Shown here one piece after another: positions 48,160 to 59,443 of a DNA stretch of 64,000 nucleotides (the stretch's first letter is position 1; every line of letters begins with the position of its first letter). Location: the NCBI GenBank assembly GCA_039815185.1, contig JBCBZT010000004.1, forward strand, positions 64,001-128,000, read 5' to 3'. The notes under the pieces are model-generated. The model saw only the letters and a list, made by a program, of their open reading frames with translations, had not been told where the DNA came from and searched no databases. Source of the DNA: Cyanobacteria bacterium P01_A01_bin.123 (lineage in GTDB: Bacteria; Cyanobacteriota; Cyanobacteriia; Phormidesmidales; Phormidesmidaceae). The translations under genes were made by a program, and so were the position numbers.

Positions 48160-48966
48160 CTAAAAATCTACTGGGGGCGGGGTTGGTGGGGGATCAGCCT
48201 TGCCCTTTTCAGTCTTGGGTTCAGCCTTTGCTCCAGGCTTTGGTTCAGGTTTTGCCTTACTAGTTTTATTGGTTGCTCGGGGTTGGGGCAAGTGTTTCTC
48301 CAGGGAGCTCTCGACCTTCAGCAAGGGGGTTGGCTTGCCACCACTGGCTGCCCATGCCTGTCGATAGAGCAGCTCCAGTTCACTCCCCGATTGCCGGAGT
48401 ACCTTAGCTTGGCCAAACACAAAGCCTTGGAATAGACGATAAAAGGCTAAGCTGACGATGGCAATTACCAAGCCAGTCGCTGTACTAATCAGGGCTTGAC
48501 CAATACCTAGAGCGGTTTCGGCTGTGGCATCCCCACCCAAATCACTAAGTCGGATAGAACCCAGGGCGTTAATCAGACCGACTACAGTACCCAGTAGGCC
48601 TAGTAGGGGTGAGAGTGCAATCACCGCTTCTAAGACTTTATCGCCCCGACGCATGGTCGCCAGCTCTTCGTTAGCTGCGGTTTCTAGGGCCAGCCGAAAA
48701 ACTTCGGGGTCAGGATTGCTAAGCTGGAGCGCGGCATAGAGAAAGCGCCCCATGGGTAACCGATTGGCTCGTTGGGCAATCTCAGTAGCGGCAGCCCATT
48801 CCCGCCGAGCGGCCTCGAGTACACGCCCCGACACCTCCCGTTCTCGGGTTAAAATTTTTGACCAAAACCAGACCCGTTCAATTACGGTACCCAAGGTCAA
48901 AATTGACAAGAACAGCAGCGGCCACATAGCAATGCCGCCTTGGGCAAAAATCTCAGCGATATTCAC
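48160..48966 (-). CDS. exbB: MotA/TolQ/ExbB proton channel
   Basis: GGIAMWPL, SPLLGLLGTVVGLI, GIGQALISTATGL. Confidence 0.9.
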   Translation of the reverse strand: MNIAEIFAQGGIAMWPLLFLSILTLGTVIERVWFWSKILTREREVSGRVLEAARREWAAATEIAQRANRLPMGRFLYAALQLSNPDPEVFRLALETAANEELATMRRGDKVLEAVIALSPLLGLLGTVVGLINALGSIRLSDLGGDATAETALGIGQALISTATGLVIAIVSLAFYRLFQGFVFGQAKVLRQSGSELELLYRQAWAASGGKPTPLLKVESSLEKHLPQPRATNKTSKAKPEPKPGAKAEPKTEKGKADPPPTPPPVDF

Positions 48967-49123
48967 AGCTGCCTCCTAACACCGTTAAGCCCTGAATACT
49001 CCATTCATCCTCCTGATCTTGCTTAAGCCGATCTGACTTAGGTCAATCCTGCTCTAGGATAGACGTTGGCGGGTTGCAGCCTGTTACTCTGAGCCCACCG
49101 CTAAGCTTAGAGATTCCGATTGC

Positions 49124-50386
49124 TCAGTCTACACCTTCAACGGTGTCTCGGCCAGTTGCTAGAGTAAGAATTTCCTGGGCGGCGCGATCGCAGGCGCCAG
49201 GATCTCCCAAGCTGCAGCGCATGGCTTGATAGTCGTCTAACATTTGCCGCCGTTTTTCGGGGTCGAGCAACAGTCCCAGACTTGTTTGGGCGATCGCGTC
49301 GGGGGTAGCCTGCCACTGTACAAACTCAGGGACAATCGGCCGCATTTCCGTCAGGTTAACTGGAGAGATGAAGGGAGCTGAGAACTTGAGAATGTGTTTG
49401 GCTATCCAAGCCGTTACTGGGTTAAGCCGATACATCACCACTTGGGGGACATTCATCAGCGCCGTTTCTAGATTAACCGTGCCCGATTTAGCGATGGCCA
49501 GATCTGCCGCTGCGATCGCGTCTGTGGACTTGCCATCAACCAAAGTGGCTTGTAAACCATAGCGATCGATTGCCTGCTGTAGGGCCGGTCTAAATTCATC
49601 TAAAGACACCGCCACTAAAAACTGCACCTGGGGCAAATGAGCCTGAATTTGCTGAGCCGCCTGAAACATGATCGGCATCAGGTACTTAATTTCTTGATGG
49701 CGAGAAGCGGGGAGTAGGGTCACCACAGAGGCATTTGGGGCTAATCCTAGACGTTGCCGTGCGACTTGCTGATCGGGCGGTTCAGGGATTCGATCAACTA
49801 AAGGATGACCAACCCAGCGCACCTGCGCCCCTTTTTTCTCGTAATAGGTTGCTTCTGCCGGGAAAATCGCCAACAGTCGGTTGCAAACCCCCACAATTTG
49901 CTGCGTTTCACTTTCAAATGCCGACCAAACCCACTGCTGTGGTGCAATGTAGTAAACGATGGGTACCGTTGGATGAGCCTTTTGTATGGTTTGACCCAAG
50001 GATAAATTTGGCCCCATATAGTCAATCAAAACAACCCCATCCAGGGAGGCTTGATTGAACAACCGCTTTAAACGCCCCTGTAGTTTTAGGGTGGGGAGTA
50101 CGAAGGGAAGCTGCTCTAAAATGCCCACTGCACCAATGTTTGCAGTATTGCCCACTAGGGTCGCGCCTGCTGCTGCCATGCGATCGCCGCCGAGGGCTAA
50201 TATTTCTAAGGTCAAGTTTTGGGCTGCAGCTTGCACTTGTAGGGCCTTAATTAGCAGGGCACCCTGTAAATCCCCTGATACTTCCCCCGTGCTGATTAAA
50301 ATCCGTACCGGCTGCTGCTCTGCTGCCTCAGCAGCCTTTTCTCGTGCCTCCGTGAGCAAATCGACCCCAAGTTCTGCTGGACTCAT
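49124..50386 (-). CDS. lpxB: lipid-A-disaccharide synthase
   Basis: STGEVSGDLQGA, IDYMGPN, YYIAPQ, VGHPL, LLPASR, KSGTVNLE. Confidence 0.95.
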   Translation of the reverse strand: MSPAELGVDLLTEAREKAAEAAEQQPVRILISTGEVSGDLQGALLIKALQVQAAAQNLTLEILALGGDRMAAAGATLVGNTANIGAVGILEQLPFVLPTLKLQGRLKRLFNQASLDGVVLIDYMGPNLSLGQTIQKAHPTVPIVYYIAPQQWVWSAFESETQQIVGVCNRLLAIFPAEATYYEKKGAQVRWVGHPLVDRIPEPPDQQVARQRLGLAPNASVVTLLPASRHQEIKYLMPIMFQAAQQIQAHLPQVQFLVAVSLDEFRPALQQAIDRYGLQATLVDGKSTDAIAAADLAIAKSGTVNLETALMNVPQVVMYRLNPVTAWIAKHILKFSAPFISPVNLTEMRPIVPEFVQWQATPDAIAQTSLGLLLDPEKRRQMLDDYQAMRCSLGDPGACDRAAQEILTLATGRDTVEGVD

Positions 50387-51207
50387 CGCTGTCCCCCCGC
50401 CTTAGAGCCAGGGATAGCGCCGCGACGATTGCCCTGGTTAGACTCTCGCAAAAATGTTCGTAAGTGATGAACATGGCTATTGTCGCTAAAGTCTGCTTCC
50501 AGCTTTGTCAGGGCTTCTTCGAACGTCAGCCCACTGCGATAGAGAATTCGATAGGCCTGCTTCAATTCTTTATAGGATCGACCATTATCTTCATCAACGA
50601 CCCCGGCTCGCTGTAATCCGACTTGGTTAAGGCGACGAACCCGACTCGGGTTGCCTTCTACGATCATGTAAGGGGGCACATCCCGATCCACACGGGTCAT
50701 GCCTGCGACCATGGCGTATCGCCCAATGTGAACAAACTGGTGCACCCCCACAATGCCGGCCAACCGGGCATAGGACTCGACATGGATATGTCCGGCCAAG
50801 GCGACCGAGTTGGCAATAATGACATGATCACGAATCACACAGTTATGGGCCACATGGGAGTAGGCCATGAACAGGTTGCCATTGCCAATGGTGGTCACTT
50901 CTCCGGCCAGGGTTGGGCGATTAATCGTGACATATTCTCGAATCAGATTGTCATTGCCAATTTTGACAGGACTCGTCGATCCGTCGTACTTCAAATCTTG
51001 GGGTTCCAATCCAATGGCAGCCCCTGGAAAGATTTTGTTGCGTTCACCAATATTGGTGTAGCCGTCAATCACCACATGGGCACCCACCACTGTGCCTGCG
51101 CCTAAAGTCACTTGTTCACCAATGACTGCATAGGGGCCAACCGTAGCACTAGGATGTAGAGTCGCGCCGGAGTGAATCACGGCAGTAGGATGAATCAGCG
51201 TAGTCAA
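50383..51207 (-). CDS. lpxA: UDP-N-acetylglucosamine O-acyltransferase
   Basis: Hexapeptide repeats, PQDLKY, IREYVTINR, HVAHNC, HQFVHIG. Confidence 0.96.
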   Translation of the reverse strand: MTTLIHPTAVIHSGATLHPSATVGPYAVIGEQVTLGAGTVVGAHVVIDGYTNIGERNKIFPGAAIGLEPQDLKYDGSTSPVKIGNDNLIREYVTINRPTLAGEVTTIGNGNLFMAYSHVAHNCVIRDHVIIANSVALAGHIHVESYARLAGIVGVHQFVHIGRYAMVAGMTRVDRDVPPYMIVEGNPSRVRRLNQVGLQRAGVVDEDNGRSYKELKQAYRILYRSGLTFEEALTKLEADFSDNSHVHHLRTFLRESNQGNRRGAIPGSKAGGQR

Positions 51208-51260
51208 GGCAGATCTCCGGAAGTCAGCTTAAGGGGATGCACAGCCAAAGCAGTAGTCAA

Positions 51261-51770
51261 TTAGTCGACAACGGAGAACATGAGTTCCCCTTCACAGGCT
51301 AACCCACCATTGACTTCAGCGATGGCTCGCATTTTGCCAAACCGCTTACGCTTTAGCGCCAAGAGCTCCACCGTCATCACCAGCTGATCACCAGGTACTA
51401 CCGGACGGCGAAACCGGACTTTGTCAATACCAGCAAATAGACAAAGCCCATTTACGCCTGGAAGTTGGGTCAGCACAATACCACCCACCTGGGCCATGGC
51501 TTCAACAATTAAAACCCCAGGCATAATTGGGCGGCCGGGAAAATGCCCTTGGAAGTGAGGCTCGTTGAAGGTGACATTTTTAATACCGACGGCTTTTTCC
51601 CCAGGGACAAAGTCAATGATTCGATCTACTAGTGCAAAAGGATAGCGATGGGGCAGGAGTGCCTGAATCTCCTCTAAGGTAAAGGTTGTTTGCACCACAG
51701 GGGGCGTGGCAGGTTCAGTGTGAGCCTGAGCCGTATTTTCTGGAGAATTGGTATTAGCTAATGTAGACAT
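51261..51770 (-). CDS. fabZ: 3-hydroxyacyl-ACP dehydratase
   Basis: [29 protein letters not shown]. Confidence 0.97.
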   Translation of the reverse strand: MSTLANTNSPENTAQAHTEPATPPVVQTTFTLEEIQALLPHRYPFALVDRIIDFVPGEKAVGIKNVTFNEPHFQGHFPGRPIMPGVLIVEAMAQVGGIVLTQLPGVNGLCLFAGIDKVRFRRPVVPGDQLVMTVELLALKRKRFGKMRAIAEVNGGLACEGELMFSVVD

Positions 51771-52062
51771 AAACCTTGTTCAATCAAGCAGGACAAAACG
51801 GGAACACCCCCATGGATAACCCTAGTCTTAAGCCCGAACCCATTATGGTTTGAGTGCACAATCACTGGGGTTCAGCCAGAACAGGATTCAACCTATAAGA
51901 TTCTCCCATTTGGTTGCCCTCCTAGCTAGTCAAAGCTTGGGATTGGCATTTATCAAAGGGGCAAAAGCCAGAATGCAGAATCAGCCGTAAACAGGATTTA
52001 AGCTCAAAGAACTTAGGTGACTTTTCCTTGACTCCTGACTTCTGAATGCTCGATTTTCAAGG

Positions 52063-52977
52063 CTAAAGAACATGCTGGGGCGTAGTCTCAATCGCGACAC
52101 TCAATTGCTTAGCGAACTGAGCATGGAGTTGGTGACTGGCTTTATAGGCAACGATATGCATTGGGGGCAATGGGCCAACTAGGCTGAGATCGCCCACTAA
52201 ATCGAGCAATTTATGCCGGGCAGGTTCGTTATCAAACCGCAGGGGGGGGTTGATCCAACCCGTTTCACTGCAAACTAGCGCGTTGTCTAAGCTGCCGCCT
52301 TTAATCAACCCTTGTTGGCGCAGAGCTTCAATCTGGTGGGCCAGGCCAAAGGTGCGGGCTGGGGCGATCGCGTCGGCAAAGCTTTCTGCTGACATCGGTG
52401 ACCAACTATGCCACTGGTTACCAATGGCAGCCAAGTCGAAATCAATCCCGTAGGTCAATCGCAACTGAGGCGAGGGTACAGCGCTGACGAAGGCATCCCC
52501 TTGTTGCAACGTTATGGGTTCTGATAATTGAACCGTATGGCGTTGAGCAGATTGGGGCGTAACGCCAACGGCGGCGATCGCATTCACCCATTCCAACGCT
52601 GAGCCATCTAGTAGTGGTAGCTCTGGGCCATCCACTTCAATTCGGACATTATCAATGCCTAGCCCCCAAAGGGTAGCCAGCAAATGCTCAACGGTGCGCA
52701 CTGTGGCCTCACCCTGGCGCAGTTCAGTAGACAAGATAGTTTGGTGAACTGTAGAGAGCTGGGCTGAGATTTCTGGCTGTCCGGGTAAATCTACCCGGAC
52801 AAAGACGCGACCCTGATCGGCATCGGCAGGCAAGATGCGAACCTGGATATGATGCCCTGAGTGCAACCCTATGCCAGTGCACTCAATGGTCGTGGCCACA
52901 GTATGTTGTTCCGTAACCATCACCCCAGGTTTAAGCGGATTGGTCAAAAACGTAGAACTAGCGATTGATTCGGGCAT
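52063..52977 (-). CDS. lpxC: UDP-3-O-acyl-GlcNAc deacetylase
   Basis: [36 protein letters not shown]. Confidence 0.96.
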   Translation of the reverse strand: MPESIASSTFLTNPLKPGVMVTEQHTVATTIECTGIGLHSGHHIQVRILPADADQGRVFVRVDLPGQPEISAQLSTVHQTILSTELRQGEATVRTVEHLLATLWGLGIDNVRIEVDGPELPLLDGSALEWVNAIAAVGVTPQSAQRHTVQLSEPITLQQGDAFVSAVPSPQLRLTYGIDFDLAAIGNQWHSWSPMSAESFADAIAPARTFGLAHQIEALRQQGLIKGGSLDNALVCSETGWINPPLRFDNEPARHKLLDLVGDLSLVGPLPPMHIVAYKASHQLHAQFAKQLSVAIETTPQHVL

Positions 52978-55346
52978 TAGAACCGCTCCCCAATACCAAA
53001 GTGGATACGTCCTTCACCATTATCGTTAAAACCGTAATCAACCCGTAGCGGTCCAAGTGGCGTCTGCACCCGAACCCCGGCACCGTAGCCAAATCCACTG
53101 CCCTGTTTACCTCGAACTGGGCCTGGGCTGCCGAGCACTGCAAATCCGCTACCTAAATCAGTGGCTGCATCAACAAAAAATGCCCCGCCAATGAAAGAGA
53201 AGATGGGGAAGCGATATTCTGCTGAAGCCTGTAAGTAGCTACGACCGCTAGCAAGTCCGCCTTCACTGAAACCGCGAACGGAGTTAGTACCGCCTAGGGC
53301 AAAGGCTTCATAGGGGGGTAAATCGCCTAGCACCGTCCCTCCCTGAACGTTAAACGCAAACGCCTGCGGCCCATCCGTAAAGTTGATTAAACTGACCGGG
53401 ATGTAATAGCTGTAGCTGGCCTGCACGCGATTGAGGAAAATATTGCCCAGACCAAGGGGAATAGATTGCTCTGTACTGACTCGCAAAATTGATCCTTGGG
53501 TAGGATTAAGCGAATTGTTGCGTAAGTCTCGCACTAAGCCCAATCGGACTGTCCACAGGTCATCCTGACCAATACCACTCAGGCTTAAAGGGTTCCCTAG
53601 TTCATCTGCGGTTGCAATTGACCCCCCTGCGAACCGGGTCGAAACTCGCTGTACTTGCGTGCCCAGAGAACCTGACCAGCCCCCCCCAAGCGGACGACCA
53701 AAGGTTACCCCGGCCCCAAAACGGTTCACCCGAACTTCGTCACCATTGACTAAGTCAACGTCAATTGGGCCATTATCAAACACTAGGGAAATGGAGCGCC
53801 GAGAAAAAGCATTAACCGTGTATGAGGTGCGGTTCGGGTCGCCTGCAATCCAGGGGTCGGTAAAACTAACGTCAAATAAAAGGTCACGGAAACTGAGCTG
53901 GGTTTCTGCCGAGAACTTTTGATTATTACCCCCAAAGTTGTCTTGACGGTAACTGACGGTACCAAACAGATCGCCTGTAAAGTTAAAACCCAACCCGGCA
54001 GCCACTGACCCCGTGCTACGCTCAATCACGTTGACCACTACATTGACCCTGCGGTTGTCTACCCGTTCTAGGGACAAACGGACATCGTCAAAAATGCCCA
54101 AACCAAAGACGCGCTCTAGGTCTTGCTGAATATCCGATTCGTTGAACACATCCCCCGGCTGGGATTCAAATTCGCGGGTAACGATAAAGTCGCGGGTGAC
54201 CCCCTGTACCGGATTCCCCTCATCGTCGGTCGGCGAACCCTCTGAGTTGAGGAACCGTACATCAATGTTGTCGATAACGCCCTCCGCCACAATCAGCGTT
54301 ACCGTGCCATCGGCAGCAACACGGGGGGCAGCAGTCACTTCAGCCAAGACATAGCCATTATCTTGATACCACTGGTTGAGAGCTAGGATGCCGTTTTGGA
54401 AATCAATCAGATTAATGATCCGTCCGTATTGATCTGCGAAAATCTCATCCACAACCTCTGGGGGCAAGACCTCGGTGTTTGTCACCTCTACCGTACGCAA
54501 AATGGGGTTAGGCTGTACTACAAATGTGACCCGTACCCCCAAAGGCGTGTCTTCTGGAACGGCTTGAACATTGGCAAAGAAGCCAGTCTCAAAGATGCTG
54601 TTGATATCTTGTTGGAGCTGCGATCGCGTGGTGTCACGTCCTGGTCGGGTACTAATCGCGTCGTAAACCTCGTCTTCGAGTTCCGGGGGCAGGGTTGTTT
54701 CATCGACGCCGATAACTTCAACTTCTGCAACGAGCACGCGGGGCTCTTCTTCTGCCTCCTGCTGGGAGTCCTCAAGGGGATCGGGACTGGGCTGAGCGTC
54801 TTCCCCATCCTCTGTGTCTTCGCCCTCCATTTCAGTTGGAGTCTCTATTTCATCACTGGCGTCAGTGTCTTCAGGTGCTTCGATGTCTTCAGGTGCTTCA
54901 GCGTCTCCGGGCGTTTCGGGATCTTCAGCGTCTTCGGGTGCCGTCGGTGGGAAGGCATCTTCGGGGACTTGACTCACCTGGGTTGCTGTGTCGTCTGGAG
55001 TCGCTAGATCTTCTAGAGACATCGGTTCGCCTAGGGCATCAGCAGCGAGTTCACCCGGATTGTCTGATCGGGTGTTGCCTATTGTTCTCTGGGTTGGCAT
55101 CGCAACAGGGGCTGATACTGCCTCAGAAATCACAACCGCTGGAGTCAACAGATGATGAAGATCGGGCTGAACAGAGGCTGGTGCGGCCGCATCATGATCA
55201 GCAGCAGCCGGAGCGGATGCAGGCTCAACTGCAGAGACCGCAGTCGCAGCGGAAGATTCACTAAGGGTTTGCCCCTGGGCGCGATCGCAGAAGCCCCACG
55301 CCGCAGAAATCGTCATTAAAGCCAAAAAAGCTGGAGATAGGCGCAT
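52977..55346 (-). CDS. bamA: Omp85/BamA outer-membrane assembly protein
   Basis: Signal peptide, acidic linker, POTRA domains, GGTNSVRGF and a C-terminal GIGERF. Confidence 0.93.
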   Translation of the reverse strand: MRLSPAFLALMTISAAWGFCDRAQGQTLSESSAATAVSAVEPASAPAAADHDAAAPASVQPDLHHLLTPAVVISEAVSAPVAMPTQRTIGNTRSDNPGELAADALGEPMSLEDLATPDDTATQVSQVPEDAFPPTAPEDAEDPETPGDAEAPEDIEAPEDTDASDEIETPTEMEGEDTEDGEDAQPSPDPLEDSQQEAEEEPRVLVAEVEVIGVDETTLPPELEDEVYDAISTRPGRDTTRSQLQQDINSIFETGFFANVQAVPEDTPLGVRVTFVVQPNPILRTVEVTNTEVLPPEVVDEIFADQYGRIINLIDFQNGILALNQWYQDNGYVLAEVTAAPRVAADGTVTLIVAEGVIDNIDVRFLNSEGSPTDDEGNPVQGVTRDFIVTREFESQPGDVFNESDIQQDLERVFGLGIFDDVRLSLERVDNRRVNVVVNVIERSTGSVAAGLGFNFTGDLFGTVSYRQDNFGGNNQKFSAETQLSFRDLLFDVSFTDPWIAGDPNRTSYTVNAFSRRSISLVFDNGPIDVDLVNGDEVRVNRFGAGVTFGRPLGGGWSGSLGTQVQRVSTRFAGGSIATADELGNPLSLSGIGQDDLWTVRLGLVRDLRNNSLNPTQGSILRVSTEQSIPLGLGNIFLNRVQASYSYYIPVSLINFTDGPQAFAFNVQGGTVLGDLPPYEAFALGGTNSVRGFSEGGLASGRSYLQASAEYRFPIFSFIGGAFFVDAATDLGSGFAVLGSPGPVRGKQGSGFGYGAGVRVQTPLGPLRVDYGFNDNGEGRIHFGIGERF

Positions 55347-55367
55347 TACTAGTTACTCGTTCAGACA

Positions 55368-55380
55368 TCCACACACCACA
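55368..55380 (-). promoter_or_regulatory. putative Yfr1 sRNA target site in the bamA leader
   Basis: The minus strand reads TGTGGTGTGTGGA, one mismatch from the complement of the Yfr1 core TCCTCACACCACA (recalled). Confidence 0.6.
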
Positions 55381-55520
55381 ACAAGCGACCCCACTCCTTA
55401 AATCTGAAAACGTTAATCGGTTAAGTTAACGCATTCTTACTAACTTAAAAGTGAGATAACTCAATTGAAACGATGAAACATTTCGCATCAAACGGGAAGA
55501 TCTTACCGCATGAACAGAAC

Positions 55521-56255
55521 CTACAGTTTACTGGCCTGTGCCAGAACCCTATCTAGCACTGCTTGGTAAGCGGCTTCAACGCCGCCAAGATCTTGACGGA
55601 ATCTATCTTTATCCATAACCCGTTGACGTTCATCTGCTTCTGCTTGGTTCCATAGACGACAAGTGTCGGGGCTGATTTCGTCGGCCAAAAGCATTGCGCC
55701 TGAGGCATCTAGGCCGAACTCTAATTTAAAGTCGACCAGAGTAATATCGCACTGATCAAAAAAGGCCAATAGGTGAGTATTAATTTGCAATGCTAGGGAT
55801 TCTAGTTGGCTGACCTGATCTGTTGTGGCTAGGGCCATGACCCGTAAGCGATCGCGCGTCAGCAGCGGATCACCTAGATCATCATTTTTGTAGTAAAACT
55901 CCACCAATGGCGGCGTCAATACCGTGCCCAAGGCCAAACCTGTTTGGCGACACAAGCTCCCGGCTGCCAAATTGCGCACCACCACTTCTAAGGGAATGAT
56001 GTTGACGGCTTTAACCTGCATCTCGCGAGCGCTTGGGGTCGAGAGCCAATGGGTAGCAATGCCTTTGCGCTCCAATAATTGAAATAAATGGGTTGAGATG
56101 GCGCAGTTCATCTGTCCCTTGCCCTGGATACGGCCTCGCTTTTGTGCATTAAAGGCCGTGGCGTCGTCCTTGAAATAGGTCAGCAGTATGTTGGGGTCTT
56201 CGGTAGCATAGACAATTTTTGCCTTGCCTTCGTAGAGTTTTGGGGCCGTAGACAT
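55521..56255 (-). CDS. purC: SAICAR synthetase
   Basis: LYEGKAK, FKDDATAFN, IPLEVVVRN, DFKLEFG, ADEISPDTCRLW. Confidence 0.97.
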   Translation of the reverse strand: MSTAPKLYEGKAKIVYATEDPNILLTYFKDDATAFNAQKRGRIQGKGQMNCAISTHLFQLLERKGIATHWLSTPSAREMQVKAVNIIPLEVVVRNLAAGSLCRQTGLALGTVLTPPLVEFYYKNDDLGDPLLTRDRLRVMALATTDQVSQLESLALQINTHLLAFFDQCDITLVDFKLEFGLDASGAMLLADEISPDTCRLWNQAEADERQRVMDKDRFRQDLGGVEAAYQAVLDRVLAQASKL

Positions 56256-56313
56256 GATTAAAAATTAACTTTGGGAAAGCGCTAGGGAACCCCATTATCC
56301 TACGCTTTCCCTA

Positions 56314-57363
56314 TCAATCCTCAAATTCTTCGGTCGTTACTACGTCTTCAGCTGCCTTCGTGATATCAGGTTTTAGGTTTTGGCGAACCTGCTCCTCAAC
56401 GGTCTGAGCAACCTCTGGATTATCTTGCAGATACTGAATGGTGTTGTCGCGGCCTTGCCCCACATTGCTGCCGTTATAGCTATACCAAGCACCCTTACGG
56501 GTAACGATGCCCTGCTCTTCAGCCATGTCGAGTAAGCAACCGATGGTGGAGATGCCTTGACCAAAGAGGATATCAAACTCGGCAATGCGAAAGGGGGGTG
56601 CCACTTTATTTTTTGCCACTTTCACCTTGGCCCGAATACCGTATTGATCATTCCCTTTTTTCAGCGTTTGAATCCGACGAATGTCAAGGCGAACTGAAGC
56701 ATAAAACTTGAGGGCATTGCCCCCAGTGGTGGTTTCGGGGTTGCCATACATCACGCCAATTTTTTGCCGCAGTTGGTTGAGAAACACCACCGTACATTGG
56801 GATTTGCCGATATTCCCGGTGATCTTTCGCAGGGCTTGGCTCATCAGTCGCGCCTGCAAGCCCACATGGGCATCCCCCATTTCTCCTTCGATCTCAGCAC
56901 GGGGAGTGAGGGCGGCTACAGAGTCGATCACGATAATGTCGATGGCAGAAGATCGAACCAGCTGATCCACAATTTCTAGCCCCATTTCCCCAGTATCAGG
57001 CTGGGAGACTAGCAAATTGTCGATATCAACCCCCAACGCCTCGGCATACACTGGGTCGAGGGCATGCTCTGCATCCACAAACGCGGCTACCCCACCTGCC
57101 TTTTGCACCTCCGCTACGGCATGCAGGGCAACGGTAGTTTTACCCGAACTCTCTGGCCCATAAATTTCAATCACCCGACCTTTAGGCAAGCCACCGCCTA
57201 AGGCAACATCCAGCGTGAGTGCCCCAGTCGGAATTGTGGCCACCTGCATCCGCCCCGCCTCACCCAAGCGCATGATGGAGCCTTTGCCAAAGTTGCGCTC
57301 GATTTGATTGAGCACCATCCCTAGCGCTTTTTGCTTTTCGGAGGATTCGTTTTTGGATGCCAT
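56314..57363 (-). CDS. recA: recombinase RecA
   Basis: [36 protein letters not shown]. Confidence 0.99.
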   Translation of the reverse strand: MASKNESSEKQKALGMVLNQIERNFGKGSIMRLGEAGRMQVATIPTGALTLDVALGGGLPKGRVIEIYGPESSGKTTVALHAVAEVQKAGGVAAFVDAEHALDPVYAEALGVDIDNLLVSQPDTGEMGLEIVDQLVRSSAIDIIVIDSVAALTPRAEIEGEMGDAHVGLQARLMSQALRKITGNIGKSQCTVVFLNQLRQKIGVMYGNPETTTGGNALKFYASVRLDIRRIQTLKKGNDQYGIRAKVKVAKNKVAPPFRIAEFDILFGQGISTIGCLLDMAEEQGIVTRKGAWYSYNGSNVGQGRDNTIQYLQDNPEVAQTVEEQVRQNLKPDITKAAEDVVTTEEFED

Positions 57364-57442
57364 GGTTATTTGGGTCTATGTAGGGTACTCAACGTGAACC
57401 TAGCGTAGGGTAACACTAGATCTAGGGAAAGAGTGCAGATCT

Positions 57443-57455
57443 ATACTATAGTACT
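57443..57455 (-). promoter_or_regulatory. possible cyanobacterial LexA box
   Basis: Minus-strand AGTAC-TAT-AGTAT versus the consensus RGTAC-NNN-DGTWC (one mismatch), 80 bp upstream of recA. Confidence 0.45.
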
Positions 57456-57579
57456 CTTGAACTAAATTGAATGCAAATAACTTTGATCAATTGATGGGGC
57501 TAGACATTTTGCACTGGGTCGAAGTCTACACCCCTACGATATTCTTCCCTCAACGCTTCGCAAATTCCAATGCTCGTCT

Positions 57580-58425
57580 CTATTGGCTCACAATCCCCGA
57601 CCATTGCACCTTCTTCTCCTGGGTGCGGCGGTAGGAGAAGAAGCGACCGGGTTCTTGGTAGGTGCAGTGGGGCGCGATCGCGATCTGGGCATCTGCAAAC
57701 CCAAGCTGCTTCAGTTGAAGGACATTAATGCGGCGGACATCCAGACGGGCACGACCAGGCTGGGAGTCATTCAAAACTGGCGGATTGTCGAAGCTACGCA
57801 AGTGTTGGAGCAGGTCGTCTGGATGGGGGAATTGCCCAGTAGCAACAACAGTCTGGCCGACCTCAGCCGCAACGTGGGTAGAGACTTGGTAAACTTCTCC
57901 TGCGATCGCAGGCCCAATTGCCACTCGTAAATCTTCAACCTGGTTACCCTGCTTTAACAGACGCTGTACCGCAACCGGGACGATTTTGAGAGCTGTGCCG
58001 CGCCAACCGGCATGAATGGCCGCAACCTGTCGGGTTTGACAGTTGGCGATCAGTACCGGGTTGCAATCTGCAGAGCAAACCCAAGCTGATTGTCTAGGGG
58101 CATCGGTCACAATACCGTCGGCTGGCGGGCGTTGTGGCAAACTTTCTGGGGGGCTTTCGAGTTGTGAATTCGGGGGTTGGGTAGCCACCGCAATCGTAGC
58201 TGAAGCTTTCTCAAGCATCTGCGGTATTTCGGCAGGGGTAAGCACTGTATTGCCATGAACTTGCTTTACCCGATGGACGGTAGCATTGGGCTGAAGTGCA
58301 TCAATCAGCGTCTCTGGTGTTTGGGGCCAAAATTGATGGGTAAAAAAGCCGTGGGGCCAATCCGCTAATAGGTCACAAGTGAGGAAGGGCGCACCGTCCC
58401 AAGACTGCCAGTGCCAAGTGTGCAT
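57580..58425 (-). CDS. pgeF: peptidoglycan editing factor PgeF (YfiH)
   Basis: KQVHG, ADG, SADCNPVL, AIHAGWRG, IGPAI, FFSYRR. Confidence 0.93.
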   Translation of the reverse strand: MHTWHWQSWDGAPFLTCDLLADWPHGFFTHQFWPQTPETLIDALQPNATVHRVKQVHGNTVLTPAEIPQMLEKASATIAVATQPPNSQLESPPESLPQRPPADGIVTDAPRQSAWVCSADCNPVLIANCQTRQVAAIHAGWRGTALKIVPVAVQRLLKQGNQVEDLRVAIGPAIAGEVYQVSTHVAAEVGQTVVATGQFPHPDDLLQHLRSFDNPPVLNDSQPGRARLDVRRINVLQLKQLGFADAQIAIAPHCTYQEPGRFFSYRRTQEKKVQWSGIVSQ

Positions 58426-58596
58426 GAGGTTAATCGTGCGAGCTGGATGAAATTTGCAAGTTACAACAAGTTGTCCTTTTACGTTAGACGATTTCTTGCA
58501 GAATTAAGGTATGGTACCAACCCTGCCACCCACATCATAGGCAATGGCCAAAGTTGGACTAAGATCTGGGATATCTCTTTCAGGTTGACTGCATGT

Positions 58597-59007
58597 CGTA
58601 TTCACCATCATCGCATTGGCTTTTTTTCTGGGATTGATTTCACTGTCGATCCGTCACGGGGATTAAACGGAGCATGTGATTTCATTCTCACGGCCAGTAG
58701 TGAACAGTCTATTTTGACTGCCCCGGTGATGACCATCGTGGAAGCCAAAAACGAAAATCTCAAAAGTGGTCTGAGTCAATGTGTGGCGCAAATGGTAGCG
58801 GCTCAATGCTACAACGAGCGAGAGGGGACACCCCAATCTGCAATCTATGGTGCAGTTGCCACGGGAACCAACTGGAAGTTTTTGATCCTGAAGGATACGA
58901 CCGTACAAGTTGACTTGAGTGAATACTACATTACCCAAATCGATCAAATCCTGGGCATTTTGGCTTCCCCCCTAACTCCCCAACCTGCCATCAGCGTTGC
59001 CTCTTGA
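58597..59007 (+). pseudogene. 5'-truncated conserved cyanobacterial restriction-fold protein
   Basis: FSGIDFTVD..GLNGACDF...IVEAKNEN..GLSQCVAQMVAAQ..IYGAVATGTNWKFL is the C-terminal part of a common family. No convincing start is present, and the upstream frame overlaps the pgeF start. Confidence 0.6.
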
Positions 59008-59017
59008 TTGTTGATGA

Positions 59018-59311
59018 CTAGCTCCAGTCTTCACCCTTAGAGCGTGCGCCACGTCCTTTGTAAACTTCCGCTTTTTGATGAATCGCACGGGTTTTTTCAA
59101 ACAGGATATCCTCTGTTAATTTCCAAAGCTTGAGGATCTTGTCCAAATCTGTCTGAATGTCATAGGCACCGGGAAACCCCTTGTAGCGGGTGCGGAGGCG
59201 AGCGAGTTCGGCCAAATGGTAGTCATCGGGTTCTGCTTGCAGAAGGGTTGCAACAACTTGGCGATCGCTGCGGTATTGGGGATGCTGCTGTTCTTTTGAC
59301 TGTTCGCCCAT
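59018..59311 (-). CDS. DUF3288 family protein
   Basis: QQHPQYRSDR, LAELARLRTRYKGFPGA, EDWS terminus. Confidence 0.85.
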   Translation of the reverse strand: MGEQSKEQQHPQYRSDRQVVATLLQAEPDDYHLAELARLRTRYKGFPGAYDIQTDLDKILKLWKLTEDILFEKTRAIHQKAEVYKGRGARSKGEDWS

Positions 59312-59443
59312 GGTGTGACTGTTCTCAATCTAATAGTAGGAAGGGAAGATAGTGGCTCTATCAGTATGCGATAGATTATCGGAGAGGACGGTCAGGGATA
59401 TTAGAGTAAATTTTTGAAATTTGTGTTGAGGAGATCGGGATTA

